DNA from: Strigamia acuminata
Lineage: Eukaryota
Reading direction: 5' to 3'
NCBI GenBank assembly: GCA_949358305.1
Contig: OX442314.1
Coordinates: 32,426,001-32,490,000 of the forward strand
Length of the DNA stretch: 64,000 nucleotides
Shown here: positions 24,438 to 39,000 of the stretch, piece after piece
Position numbering within the stretch: position 1 is the stretch's first letter
Layout: each line of letters opens with the position of its first letter
Translations under genes and position numbers: made by a program
The notes under the pieces: generated by a model
Databases searched by the model: none
The model's input: only the letters and a program-made list of their open reading frames with translations
What the model was told of the DNA's origin: nothing

Positions 24438-27038
24438 AAGCTTAAACACACCCAAAGTTTAAGTTTGTGCAGCTGCGACGTATAAAGCATCAATATTTTC
24501 TCAAACGTAAATAAAATAATAAATACCATAGTCATAGACATTTCACAACGTTGTAGAATCGTGGCTTGTACAGACATAAGCCAACTGCATTAATTTGCAT
24601 TAGAGTCACTCCACTTCCTTCAAAAAATTCAGTGTTTTTGGAATTATAAAACAGAAGAATAGTAGATTAAAAGTGGTCTGCATTTGGCGATGAAAGGAAC
24701 GATAAAATAAAATAATATATTTGTTAAATGTAGCACAAAAAATAGAAATAAAAACATTGTACCAGTATTTAATTTTTCTAAATTCTTTCATTTTGACTTA
24801 TAATAATTTCCGAATTGTAGAAGCTTCACAAGCATCAACAGGCACTCCGGAGTTGAGTTTATTTCTCAGTATTTCAAGGGACCATGGATTTAAAACAATT
24901 TATAATAGATTTGTACTCCCTTGTGTGCAAGCTTGTTGAAATTCGTGACCCCTTTATTATGCTGTCAACCTGTTTTCAGACACCTATTACTGACTTTCTG
25001 GGGCTCGTGATGTTTATTTAACGTTTTCAGGGGTTGTTGAAGAAGCTGTGACCTCGAACTGCAAAGTATTTTAGAATGAACTACAAAGCTTGAGCGTTTT
25101 GCCATAGTTTTACTATTTATTCGCCAGATGGCAACAGTGAGCTGCTTCGCAACAACATGGTCGCAGTGTAAACAACTGGCTGAAATGGTACAAATTGTCT
25201 AACTTGATTGAACATTTCTTGAAATGATGAGATATTCTATTTTTAGATGGACTGAGCTGCATAGAATACATACACGAAGTGTTAACCAAAGGGGTCATCA
25301 TAAGACGAGTTAAAATGCGCCATGTTGAACGTGCGCTGATTTGCTCTGGTAAGTAACAAAATTGCCACAAACTCAAACATTAATCATCACAAATATCATT
25401 CTGAATGAGATGAACTTTGGCCGTTTTTAATGACCAATGAAAATCAGAGCTGGCTTTAAGTATTGCCAGGCCGAATGCTACGACAAATATGGTTAGTACA
25501 GACTAATCACCAAGTGTAGTGCTACACTTGACCTTTTTACTCAAAAAATCAAAAAATAGTGTTTCAACACTGTGTGTTGTGACTGTTTGTAACAATGTGA
25601 GAGAGCTTTGCATTTAAATAATGAAAGTATTGACTGTTTAGATAATAACAATATTTTATTTTAAAAAAAATTAAACAATTGTGAAATACAGACTCCTGCG
25701 GTCTCTTTGCGAGTCTTATACCTAATAAGCTGAAGGAGAAACGATTATATAGTGAGTTAAAGTATCTGAGACACCTCCGCAGTCAACTAGATATGATATC
25801 AATCTTGTTGAAGAGCATTTGCTAGTTTTCCCCAGCAAACTGGGAAAGAGCCACATCAGAGCTCATTGACGGTTATTAGCGAGTCCCGAGGAAACTGCCT
25901 CGTGAACCTAATTGCCGGCGTACTAAGAAGACAAATAATAAAACCCTAGACAACACCACCAGGCCGGGATCCAAATCTGAAGACGGGAATCCGGACCAAG
26001 ACGAAGATGGACCAGAAGGAAAACAAAGATGACTACCACGACGGCTCCAGGAACCACGCGGACGAGGCGAACGACCCACCAAGAATAAAGGACGCAATTT
26101 TGGATCAACTTTGTGACAAAGACTGGAGTAATATTACTTATTGTGTATCTAGTGGCTTAGCAGTAAATAGATACATATACATATATATACATATACAGTA
26201 TAATATATATATATACATATAAATAAATACTATTGTATCATATTTCTTGGGTAATCACTTTAATTAAATGATTAAGATAAGTGATTTTATTTATAAGTTT
26301 ATTGATACGACGGTGAAGAATCAGTAGGGAAACATCCCAATAGGTGCAAAAACTAGGTACGGTGAAAATGAACAATTATTTAAATAAATAATATACCAAA
26401 TAAGAGCAAAAGTTACATCAAATTCACTCCTCGCTGGGCCCATTTTTAATAAAAATAAGAAATTGTCAATATGTGAATTTTTATGGTGAGAAAATCCCGC
26501 CCCCTCAAGTTCTGCTGGCTACTTTAGACCTGGATAGTCACGACATGTTTGTCGGATGTAGACAACGGATGCCAATACACATAAACTTTAATGGTGTAAA
26601 CTGGGCAACAGTTGCCAAAGCAAATTAACAACACAGAGATAATTAACGTTGTGTGGCCGTGTTTTCTTTCTTATGAAGGTTGAGAGAACGGGCTAGATGG
26701 GGACCACTTGGCGGATCAACATTTTAAGAGTATTTTTCTTTTACTTGTTCTCTGGATGTACCGACGTATCAAAAAGTATTTGTTTATTAAATATTTCTGG
26801 CAATAACTAATTAGAATGTGTGTTCATTGATCGTTTCTTTTAGCACGGCAAAACACTTCTTTATCTAATTCACCGTTTGCTAACTGCAATAATGAACTAC
26901 GTTTTCAATTGTCTAATATTGTACAAATCACCGAGGCAAGAAAAGTACACATCATTCATCATCAAGATGATTATGGTTCCGAAATTCCAAATTTAATTTT
27001 GTTATAAGTTCTTAATTTATCGGATGTTCTTATTTTAG

Positions 27039-30000
27039 TATCAAACTGTTTGACGAAATTGATGCATCTCAATTGGATTGGAAAAATTCAAATGTCAGCA
27101 CAACGAATCAGTAATACATCACTAGATTTTGATTATACTCCTTTTCAGCTCATTTTCATTTGGATAGAAAGTTTTGAGCAAGTAAAGGTCTAATTATTTC
27201 CCTAATTGAGGACGAAGCATTAGGTTGACAAGCAGGGGCGGATCTAGACTTTCGGGGGCCCTGGGCTTGAGGATTTTTCGGGGCCCATGTATCAAAATTT
27301 TTAATAGTTTTGACTGATATGGTCTTCGCCAGTGCAATCAGAAGACTGAGGACACTGGTTTGGGACGCATACTCACGTAAATAACAGAAACTCCCCTAAT
27401 ATTGGTTGGTTGGCCTTTATTAATGTTGTCTAGGGGTATGGGGAATCCCGTTACCCGTTGCAGGGGTGCCACGAAGGCACACCGCACCGGCAACCGACCC
27501 GTCACACACTGGGCGAGAGCCCAATGGGTGACATGGTCGGTTCAACTTTACATTCATGTCGTACTCACCTACGACCCGCAGTAGCCACTCATGGAGGCTG
27601 CACTATGGAATCCGCCATGGTACTGAGCGTCTCTGTGGTGAATGGGAAGGAGTGCAGAGTCCACACTGCCGGGACACGTCTTGTCTCTTCGATAACTAAA
27701 ATACCTCCGACTTTCTACACACGACCGTCCTGGTCGGTGTCCGCACTCTCTCTCTCTGCAACTCCTCCCAACACCACTCAGTTCTCTCCTTACCCCGGGC
27801 TAGATCACCTTGCCCAATGAGGGGGCGATCTTGGGGCCGTATGGCGGTGTGTGGCAGTGACGTGGATCACCCCGGGTGGCCTGACGGTCACATAGCGATT
27901 TTTTTTAGTACATTGCATTGTGTCTCGAGGGCCCTCTAGAATTTGGGGGCCCTGGGCTCAAGCCCAATTAACCTCTGTGTTGATCCGCCCCTGTCGACAA
28001 ATCAGCGCGGCAAAAATAGGACATAGCCCAGGATAGGCGTAGGTATTGACCTATTTAAAAACAGTAATGCTTGTTGACCTAATTCTTGTTCCAATAATAG
28101 CATTTCTTCCTAGTTCTAAAATTATACACAGTAGTAATATATACTTAAAAGTAAATGTTGATTTCAGCTTGCTGATTATACTTTCTTGTCAATTGAAAAC
28201 AAAGTGTTGATATTTGTCTTCAAGGAAACACGAGGAACAACTAATCCAATGCACGATCTAGATTTGCCCTTTCTACAGGAACTAATCATGTGGAGACAGA
28301 ATAAAGTTTACTTGTTCACATATTCTGAAGATAGTACAAGTTCTGTACCGGTATGAGTCAATAGTTAATGTGTAGTAAACTTAATTAAATTTAAATTTAA
28401 ACTTATCACAAGGTTCAATAATAGATTAGATAAAAAACCACTGTGGTGATTTTAGAAAGATTAACATTCAATATATTAGATTTTTAAAATATATTAACTA
28501 TATAATTTAAAATAAGGAAGTTTATTTATATTGTACATATTTTTTAAATCTGATATTACAGAATTTTAGCTTGCAGTTATTGAAACATCAGTCTGATGGT
28601 AACATTTTCCAAACAACCAACTTAGGGATAAATTGTGCGGAGCAACAAAATTGTCAATTTGAAAAGATTTCTCAAACATCATTGTTTCTGAAAAAACAAA
28701 ATTTTACTGTAGCCCAGGTAAAGCATGCTACTAAAGGGTGTCCCAAAAATAACTCAAGATTTGAATTAGCCGCCATTTGTGCAGTAAATTGTTGGCAACT
28801 CTGAAACAACAACGATTTGACAGCTGAAAGTTTAGGGTTTTATCTGCCGTAATTGGATTATATTGATGTGGCCAATATGTGGTTTCAACAAGACGATGCA
28901 AGAAAAAGGGGCCAATTCTGATCACCGAAACCGGTGATGTCTCATGCAGTAATTCAATTGTTTCCATCCTGACCCACCATATCTATGGCAATATGGCATA
29001 TTGAACCGTCTTGTTGAAACCACATATTGGCCACATCAATATAATCCAATTTCGGCAGATAAAACCCTAAACTTTCAGCTGTCAAATCGTTGTTGTTTCA
29101 GGGTTGCCAACAATTTACTGCACAAATGGCGGCTAATTCAAATCTTGCGTTATTTTTGGGACACCCTATACAATTGAAATAATAATTACAAATAATATTG
29201 GCATGACACATTTATGGGGATCACTAATAGGGAGGAGGTAAAGCTGAATGTTGCATAATTTTACTATGTATAAGCCAGGTAAAGCCATGCTAATGCAATT
29301 GAAAAAATAATTACAAACAATAATATATACTTCAGATTAATTATTAACTTGCGATTAAGTTTGCAATCTTATCTTCAGTACATTACAAAAGTTTGAGTTT
29401 GTCCTCAATTTTATAAAATTGGAACCACACATTGTCCAATTTAAAGCATACCGGTACCAAACAACAATGATTCAATCTGTATAAGTGTTGTGACTGCTAT
29501 GGTCTCTTCCAGTGTAGTCAGGGGACTGAGAACACTTGGTAGGGACGCATACTTCACGTAAATGACGGAGACTTCCCACAATATTGGTTGGTTGGCCTTT
29601 ATTGCGTTGTCTAGGGGTATGGGGAAACCCGTCACCCGCTGCAGAGGTGCCACGAAGGCACACCGCACCGGCAACCGACCCGCCGCGCACTGGGTGGGAA
29701 CCCAATGCGTGGCGTGGTCGGTTCGACTTAACATTCGTGTCGTACTTACCTACGACCCACGCGTCCACTCATGGAGGCTGCACAACGGTGGGAACCGTCG
29801 TACTGAGTATCATCGTGGTGAATGGTGAGGAGTACAGAGTCAAACCGGGACACTGCTTGTCCCTCCCAGATGAACACCTTCTCCTCTCGGGGAGCTGCTG
29901 CAGGCACGTCCTTCTCAGGCCATGTCCAACACTCAACTCTCTCACACCACTCCCTCCTCACCACACTACTCCACTCCCTCCTCCCCGGGCTAGGTCAACT

Positions 30001-33000
30001 ACCCACGTAGGGGTTGACCTTTGGGGCCGCACGGTGGTGTGTGGCAGTGCCGCAGGTCACCTAGGTGGCCTGGCGGTCACATCTCCCCCCCCCCACGAAA
30101 AGGTAGGTCTAAGGGGCCACACACAACACCGACGGGGACACGCAAGTCGAGGCAGACACAACAACGAAGTCAGTCGAAGACCACAACTTGTCGGGCTACC
30201 GGTGCCGACCTTCGGTGCTGGTGGACCGAAAACCACCGCACCGTCGGTCAACGATGTTAGCAGCATTGGGCGACAGGAACCACCTCGCCCTAGACTGGCC
30301 GAAAACAAAACAAACTATTGATGTAATACAATGTAAATAATAATTCACCGGGCCTGAACGTAACAAGCCCGGGACGAAATCATAAAACAAAAATTAAAAC
30401 AAAACAAAAATAAATAAATATGGTAAACAAAACAAGGATGGGAGAGGTTGGTCAAGCCTCTCATAGAATAATTGAACTAAAGCTATACGTTAAACAAACA
30501 TGAAAATGATAAAAAAGAGAAAAAAAAAGAAATAATATATATACAACGACCGGGACCTAACCAAGATCCACAGTCGGGAGGTCCACCGATGGAACGGGAA
30601 AACTCCGGTATCCGTTTTCGTCGGGCACGTGGGCTTGTGGCGTGGCGTCTCCGTCTCGTCACTCGCTTCCGGCTCGGCGTTCATGTCCCGGGACAGGCAT
30701 CTCACGGCATGCTGTTGGGAAAAAATATTATCGGGACCAGAGGTCCGTCGTTTGTACAATTTGCGTCCAAGGACGACAGTCGAGGCTTTTCACGGCTCCG
30801 GCTTGTCGTTGGACGGTGGTTGCGGCTGAGAGGGGTCTTGCGGCTCCTCTTCAGTCTCAGTTGCAACCGCTGCGGGTCTTGCTGGGGCTGGCGACGTTCT
30901 CGCCGCCTCCAGCACAGACCGTATCGACGGCGGTGGGGGCACCAGTTGCCCGTCTTCCGCTTCCACCGCTCCTGTCGTAGCTGACGCCGACTGGGGGGGT
31001 AGCTGAGGCACCTCCTCCGTTGTCGTCGTCTTGACTGGGGCTAAGGCGCGTCGCGCCGCCGCTTCTTCTCTCGACGCCGCTATGGTTTGAGCAGTGCGGG
31101 ACTTCTTCCCCTTCCCCTTCTGCTTGCGAGCATCGTGGGTTGATTCGATTGGGTCCCAGACGTCGGGGCTAAATTGGTCGGGGTAGTCTTTCCGCCTGTG
31201 CACCCGCCTCACTATCACCTCTTCGTACGTAGGCGGGGGTGGCGGTGAGTGCGCCGACAACTCTGGTGGCATCACAATAGGCACAGGTGTGTGGGACGCC
31301 GGCATGAAAATCCGTTGGAAACCGCTGTTATTGGTTAACCTCGGGAGTCCGGCCAACGTCTCCACGTAGCCACGGCAGATTGCCGGATCGAAATCCGCAT
31401 GGTCCGCCCCCACCGTCTGCTCCAGAGACCAACCTTGGACTACAAACGGGGACGGTAGGTGGAGATACCACGCGTTCATCGCCGCGCCCACTGCCCACGC
31501 GACGATGCGCACCGTCTCGAACCACCTGATTCTCCTCGCTGCGGCCGATGCGACAGGAGGAATGTTGAGGATTATCCACATTCTCTGCCTGATGAGTGCG
31601 ATAGCCCTTGTCGTCCTGATGTCACTCCCGGCCGCGTCCATAAAGCGCAGGTGAAGTTCCCTCCACCGCTTCGCTTCGGCGACCCAGAGCGCCACCACCT
31701 GAGCGTCCGCATGTTTGAGGCGCGGGACCGCCCTTAAAACAAGCGCCGTGCAGACCACCGGAGCACCAGGCGGTAAGTTGGCGAGCTCAAGCGGAATCTG
31801 GCCTTCGACGGCCTCCAAAAACGCCGCTCCTACTTGCTGTCCAGAGGGGCATGGTTCCTGGGAAGGTCCCTCGCCTCCCCCGGCAGCTTCTACTCCTTCG
31901 TTGACCATTTCGGGGTCGCCGCACCGCAACAGTTGTGCTTCGAGAGACAAACCCTCTAACACAGACAATTGCAGCACATCGTCCTCCGTGACGGACAACT
32001 CCATCATCTCGTCATCTGGCGCTGGCATTTGGGGTTGCACCATTGGCAGTTCGGTGCAAGCGCCGTCCTGCCTCTGGGAAACAACACATTCCTCCCGCGG
32101 GGTGGACGGCTCCGACCGTCCTGCGAGATTCATGAGGCTACCCCAAGTGCGATGGGGCAGTCCTCCCGTCCCGTCGAACTGCGCCACGGGGATTCCGAGT
32201 GCGAGTGAAGCGCAAGCGATTGCCTGCTCACTACAGCCGGCTCCCTCCGTGGGCATCTTGACCACCTGCTCGCCAGACGCTCCGGGAAGGTCCAGAGCGA
32301 GGGACACTGCTGAATCAGCCTGTACCTCGTCTCCTAACACTTCCGGTTGTTGCACGAGTTCCGATGCGTCGTCAACCACGGGTAGGACGACAACCATAGG
32401 AATGGCCACAACTTCTGGCTCGATGGCACCGGATCCACACGGCTGCTGTGCGACCGGTAGTATGGCAGCAGCTTCAGCCGCGGCCACCGCTTGCCTCGCC
32501 GCCTCGGCGGACCGTGCCTTCCTCGCATTGTCCTTGATACGGCGACGCAGCAGCTTCCCTGCGGACTCGATCTGAACCGCAGTTGCGTGCGGGTAGGACG
32601 CCCGCCACTCTGCCAACGAGGTCTCCAGCCGCACGGTCATCTCCTCCGTCCACTTCGACGGCGCTGGTTCTTGCTTCTGGCGTTTCGGGTTCGGCTGGGC
32701 TGGGGCCTCTGCCGAAGCCGCCCGCCCCGCCTGAACCCTTGGTGCCGGAGGCGCAGAGCCCGATGGACCAGGCTGCCCGTCCCGTGCTCTGACAGCTTCC
32801 ACCGTCAAACCACGTGGTAGTAGGGCATGCCCGCGTCGCAACAGCTCCTGCGTCCGCCTCTCCCACGAGTCGACGCTCATCCACGACACCATCGAACGGG
32901 CGCGACTCCGGTCGCCGCCCGGTCGCTGCGAGTGGCGCGCATACTGTTGGAAATAGGCTGGTGAGTGCAGTGAAATAATGGCAGACAGTTGTATAAAACT

Positions 33001-36000
33001 TGCACTTGAAAACCATGCAAGTGGCCATTTTTATTCCAGGCATAATAAGTGAACATAAAATACATACATTGAGGCTAACTGCACTCAATATCTATCAATA
33101 GGACAAATCAATGATTAACATCAGTTGATTTATCCTGTACAAAGTTAAAACAAAGATAACTAATAACAGAACAAATTATATGAACAAAATGCTCATTTGA
33201 GCAGACGACAACTTGCTAAATCATTACACAAAGGGGAAACGGTTGTGGCAACGTAACACGCATTAATAAAAGTCAATATTAACCGATCCTCAACTCCGGG
33301 ACATGATGTAACAATAAACAAGTTGCTTAACAGTCGCACTAATACGGAAACGTGCGATGTGAACAATACAAACACCATACGGTTGATCAAATCTCTACAA
33401 ATCCCCCTCTGATCAACGCATGGTTACATTGAAAAACAACAACTCCATCTGTTTGATTATTCCACAACATCCCAAACGAAAAACAAATGCTAGTCTGATT
33501 AAACACAATTACATCTTAAATAATGGTCAGTATACAACAGGTTCGAGTTCAATCATCCGCATGTTAAAAATGGGATATGCTGGGTGTACTGGATTCCTGT
33601 TACAAAAATCAAATAGACCCGAATCAAATACATTCAAAAAAATTCAAGTCCCTATTAAAGTCTCTAATTACTCCAGTATTCTCATCTAACAGAGGAGTAA
33701 GGGCATATGCTGGGAATAACGGTTTCTCGTCGTAAAAGTCAAACCAAAACTCATTCAGGTTAAAACCATTATTCCTCTTACAACTAACTATTTGACATAT
33801 AAGTAATTCTCATCCCACACAAAGTCTAAGTCATGTATCGTGACCTGTCCAGTCCGTTTTCCCAAACTTGACAATAAGGAATCAAATTTCTGATTATGAG
33901 TGTAACACCTATCTCGGTCTTCCTCCTCATTAACCAAATTCTTTTCGGTCATGTCTAAATTTTGTTTAAGTCTCACGCCCACGTCATTTGTTTTCATTAA
34001 AGTATTACTCTTGGTTTTCTTACACCTTTTCTTACGTCTTTTTGTCTTTTCACATTCCCCCTCTATCCCAATGGATTTGTATTCATTCACACCTATGAGT
34101 GTCTCTATCGGTGTTGGGGAAATGTCATCTTCCAGTGACGTCGAAGAAATCTCACAAACTTTCATGGGATCGATCTGTCTAAACCTTTCATCGGATTTGG
34201 ACTCAAATTCCAATGTAAACTGTTCCAATTTTTGCCTTTCATTTGCAATAGTCTCAGACTCCTCATGTGTTAACTCTGAAGGAATTTCCATTAGCAAACC
34301 AATTTCCTTATCATTAAATTTCCCTTCTTGGTTCAATTCCATCGGTTTCTGTTCAACACTTCCAAAATGTTCCCCCTCTTCTATAATAGGTTTGTACTCA
34401 TCTATGTCAACTTCCGTACGTGTCGACAATGCAACTTTATCAACCCTAGATTGATAATCTTTCATGTCGTCGTTTGGAAACGCATCCACTTTAGAATCGA
34501 CATGTGTCTTCAAGAGATCACATTCAATCCTTTCTAAGTGTTCCCCCTCTGTGTTGATAGTCCCACTTCTGTTCGAATCGACCAAATCAGTCGTTGGACT
34601 TGGAGGAATTTCTAATGATGAATCAATTTCCTCATTGCTGAAATTCTGTCCCACTTTGGAATGTACTTGCGGCAATAAGTGTTCCCCCTCGTTTTCAATA
34701 CCTTCGCACTTATTAATGTCAATTTCTCTGCTTAACGACAATGGGGGATTTTCTAATTTCAACAAGTCTAATGTTGAGGGGACTTCCAGATGGGAGGATA
34801 TTGGCACCTCAACCCTTGATGGAATTTCAACTCCTGCACTATCCGAAGTTTGATCCACATTGGAAAATTCCAGAGAGGGTTTAACTTCCCCCTCGTGCCA
34901 ATAACTCCACTCATGTATTCTCACATTACTTGTTTGGAATATCCTATCTCTCAGTGGATCCCAGACCCGGTATTTTCTTCCAAACCTTGAATAGCCAATT
35001 AAAGCACCCATCCAAGAACATCTCTTCCCATCATTAATATGGGTAACTTTAACTCTAGACCCCACGCATCTGAGATGTCGTACCGATACACCTTGGTCGT
35101 ATAATACATTATGCGGGGATTTCCAATCCAAATTAGTCTTGGGGGCTCTATTTCGTAAATAGACCATTGTGTTGGCTAGCTCCAACCACAAATAACTTGG
35201 GAATTTATTTTCTACAATCAAACTTTCCACCCCATTTATGATATCTGCATTAGCCTTCTCGGAGATGGAGTTAGCCATTGGGTCATCAGAATCTACACTG
35301 TTAATTGTAATCCCGTAATTCTTCATTACTTCTACCCATTTTGCTAATTCATCCGTGGAAAAATCTATTCCAGGGCCCAAATAAACTCTATTTACGGTTC
35401 CTGTCAAGCATTTAATTTCACTTAGCCAATTTTGAAATTCCACTAAAATGCTGTTTCTCTTTAATGGCCTAAGCCACACATATTCAGTACAATTATCTGT
35501 TATAATGATATATTTTTCCCCAGTTGTATGTGGGGCCCTCCAAACACTCAAATGCACAACTTCTAAAATTTTCTTGTTATTATTCTTCCGTGTTGAGGAA
35601 ATTTTAACTTTGGCTGGTTCTATTGGATCAGTATCCACTAACTGAACCCCATAAACATTTCTTGACCCATTCATATTAAGAACACTGTCTTTATCTAAAT
35701 ACCCTAGGCGGGTATGCCATAAATTGAATGGGAGGACCCTGTCCTTTACTGTAAAGTCCATACAGTTTACCTGTTTTCTAACATTTCCCTTTCTGGAATT
35801 CTTTTTCTGGTTTTTAGTACCAGAATTCAAGGGACCATTCTGTTTAATCCCTGTTGTCATACTTGACTTTTGGTTACTTAAACCCCTTTTAGACTTCCCT
35901 GAAATCTTCTTCAAAGGACCAATTCTATTTGGATCCCCCTCTCTCTCTCTATTTCGAACCCGGTTCAAAAATTCTATTTTTGCTGATCTATGTCCATTAA

Positions 36001-39000
36001 GGGGGTCACCACCTTTAATTGTAGTTGCACAATCCAATTCTTTATCATTTAAACATCTTTTACTCAAATTGTTTAATTTCCTGTTCTGTTTCCATGATGG
36101 GGGACTTTTTTCTTCGGTTTTTACAAAAACCCTTTGCTGATTCTGTCTACAAGAACCTTGAATGTTAATTCCATCAATCCTAATCGAGGTATTCAACTTT
36201 CTGTCCCCCTCGGTCTTTTTATTCTTTTTATTTCGAACCCGGTTCGAATATTTCAAGTTACCAACTTCAAATTGGTCATTTTCCTTGTTTTTCATATTGG
36301 CATTCGAAATTCCTGAACAATTCTGTGTGATTTTCGAAACCCTGTTTGAATTAATCACCTTTAGACCCTGTCTACAATTGTTCGTGCCCTGCACTTCACT
36401 ATCCCAATGCCCATTCATTTCATTCGCACGCATCTTACAGGTCGCTAAGATTAAATCAGCTATGCCCTTTATCACAGTATCTATGTTATCTGTTAGTGCG
36501 CTCTTATGTACTAAATGTGTTAGTAACAATACAATTTTGTCCGAATCTAAATCGGAATTCAATTCCAAATATCCTTTCTCTTTTCCTAGAACACTAATTT
36601 CCTTTTCCAATTGTTCATCAAGTGCGTTATGCACTGTTTGTCCGTTAAAGACATTTTGTGCATGAGTTTCCATCTTCAGTTGCGCTTTGCGTGTGTCGAC
36701 CATTGTTTGTTTGTTGCAGGCATTCCTATTGTCCGTTGAAGACTTTCTTGCTGCACAAAACACTGTTGGCGCAAAATTTGCACCACACGACCACACCAAA
36801 CTCACTAATAAATTTAGTGACGGCACAAAACACATTTTCACGAATTAAATGCAGCACTTTCACAAAATGCACTTTTCACTTTGAAAAATACTCAAAAACA
36901 CTAATTTTTCCTTTTCCTCCAAAAATAAGGCGAAAATACACTCTGCCCTGGGACTAATCTCACTAAGTGAGATGACAAACTCCACACAGTATTTCCCAAG
37001 TTCCGACCGGTGCACCTGGGCCCGCGGGACACTTGGTGGCCAGAAATAGCCTGTGTGGAAATAGGATTCTGCTACTCGACTGAGTAAAGGGCAGAAAACA
37101 AACAAAAGGACCCCAAAACAAAACCTTAAATAACTATACAAAGTTTCACGACAACCCCGAAAATAAACAATAATATGTTGGCACGTTGTCTTCTTGTTTG
37201 CGGGACTTTTGCGTCGCAAAATCCCACATAGACGTCGCTGAAACGTCGATCCTAACGCTGGAATCCGTTGCAATTCACTTGTACACCTGGTACAAGACTT
37301 AACCGGTCCAACGATGCACAGATACCCTGTACGGGCCAATCCGTGATCGGCGAATCTCGATTCGCACGTCGCGTGCGAAGAATCGCTCCAAAAATCGAAA
37401 TGTTCGCCGCAAAAATTCCAAAAACCTCTTGAAACACTAGCCGCTGTTCCGTAGAACGTCTTCACGACGTTATCCAACGATGGAGATGCTCCAAATACTC
37501 GTTGGCGACGATTCTCGTCCTTTTTCACCAGCTTGGCATGAGCGGCGCCATTTTGGATTCGGCTGCACCGCACATCAGGCTGAAAAATACACAAAAACGA
37601 TAATTTCGATTTTCCTACTGTGTCTTGGCAATCCACGCTTATTCCAGGCGTTGAATCCTTGTTGATTCCAGTTGAATCCGTTACATTTCGACGATCTTAT
37701 CGTCGTGGCGATGCCGACGTGTCTTCGCTCGTTTCTCGGGTCCCGGACACGAAAATCTCCACTATCCACCGAAATACGTTCTCCGGACGTCTTCAAAATC
37801 GGTGGGCACGTATTTAAAACGTGCGCTGTGCTCCGACACGTTTCCAAAACGATTCCAAATCGCCGCACCCGTAATCGACGTGTGCGCAGACGATAAATCG
37901 CCAATTATCGTCGGATATTGGCGAAAAACGAAGCACAAACACCACTATAGGTGTTGAAGAAACATTTAATACCTTTAAAGTACTTGAAAGTACTTGCAAA
38001 ACTTCCGAAAACACTTTCCACAGCTGCTAATACACTCGAACTGTGTGCGCCGCCATCTTAGTATGACGCGCCATCGTTGATTTGAAACGACGAAAAATGG
38101 TGTTATTTCCACCAAACAAATTCTCAAAACACTTAGAATTGTTCCTACTGTCTATAGTAACCATCCACCGACGATTCCACGTTGTTTTCCCACGAAAAAC
38201 GTCGAATTCCACTCGTTCGCAACTCGTCGACTTCTCTGCGCCACAAAGCACGCGAATCTCGAATCGCCGTGCCGCGAAAACGTCCTCGAATGCCGCGTCT
38301 CGTTCCGACGATCTCCGGTCACCCGTAATCGACGTTCTAGGCCAGAAAAACGTCGCGAATCCGTTTTTCAACGTTGTAGCAACGTTAAACACTCACCAAA
38401 CCATCCTCTGCTACCATTGTTGGAAATAGGCTGGTGAGTGCAGTGAAATAATGGCAGACAGTTGTATAAAACTTGCACTTGAAAACCATGCAAGTGGCCA
38501 TTTTTATTCCAGGCATAATAAGTGAACATAAAATACATACATTGAGGCTAACTGCACTCAATATCTATCAATAGGACAAATCAATGATTAACATCAGTTG
38601 ATTTATCCTGTACAAAGTTAAAACAAAGATAACTAATAACAGAACAAATTATATGAACAAAATGCTCATTTGAGCAGACGACAACTTGCTAAATCATTAC
38701 ACAAAGGGGAAACGGTTGTGGCAACGTAACACGCATTAATAAAAGTCAATATTAACCGATCCTCAACTCCGGGACATGATGTAACAATAAACAAGTTGCT
38801 TAACAGTCGCACTAATACGGAAACGTGCGATGTGAACAATACAAACACCATACGGTTGATCAAATCTCTACACATACCACCTCTGCCTGGGGATGGAAAA
38901 ATGCACCAGCCCCATACCGAGGCAGTTGCCGCACGGCGAATCCCATCCGCCCGCAGATGTCTCCCAGCGCTCTCCCGAGCAAACAGGGCAGATGTGCCAC

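Noticed and set aside
25589..26260. Possible further solo LTR
   Set aside because: TGTAAC start and a CCCTAGACAA motif are present, but I could not find a matching end or TSD.
29441..30321. ORFs repeated at 47294-48051, 33193/38666 and 49228/55094
   Set aside because: Chance frames within LTR pairs.
31715..32575. 286-aa plus-strand ORF and similar antisense ORFs over pol and gag
   Set aside because: Shadows of GC-rich coding sequence on the opposite strand.
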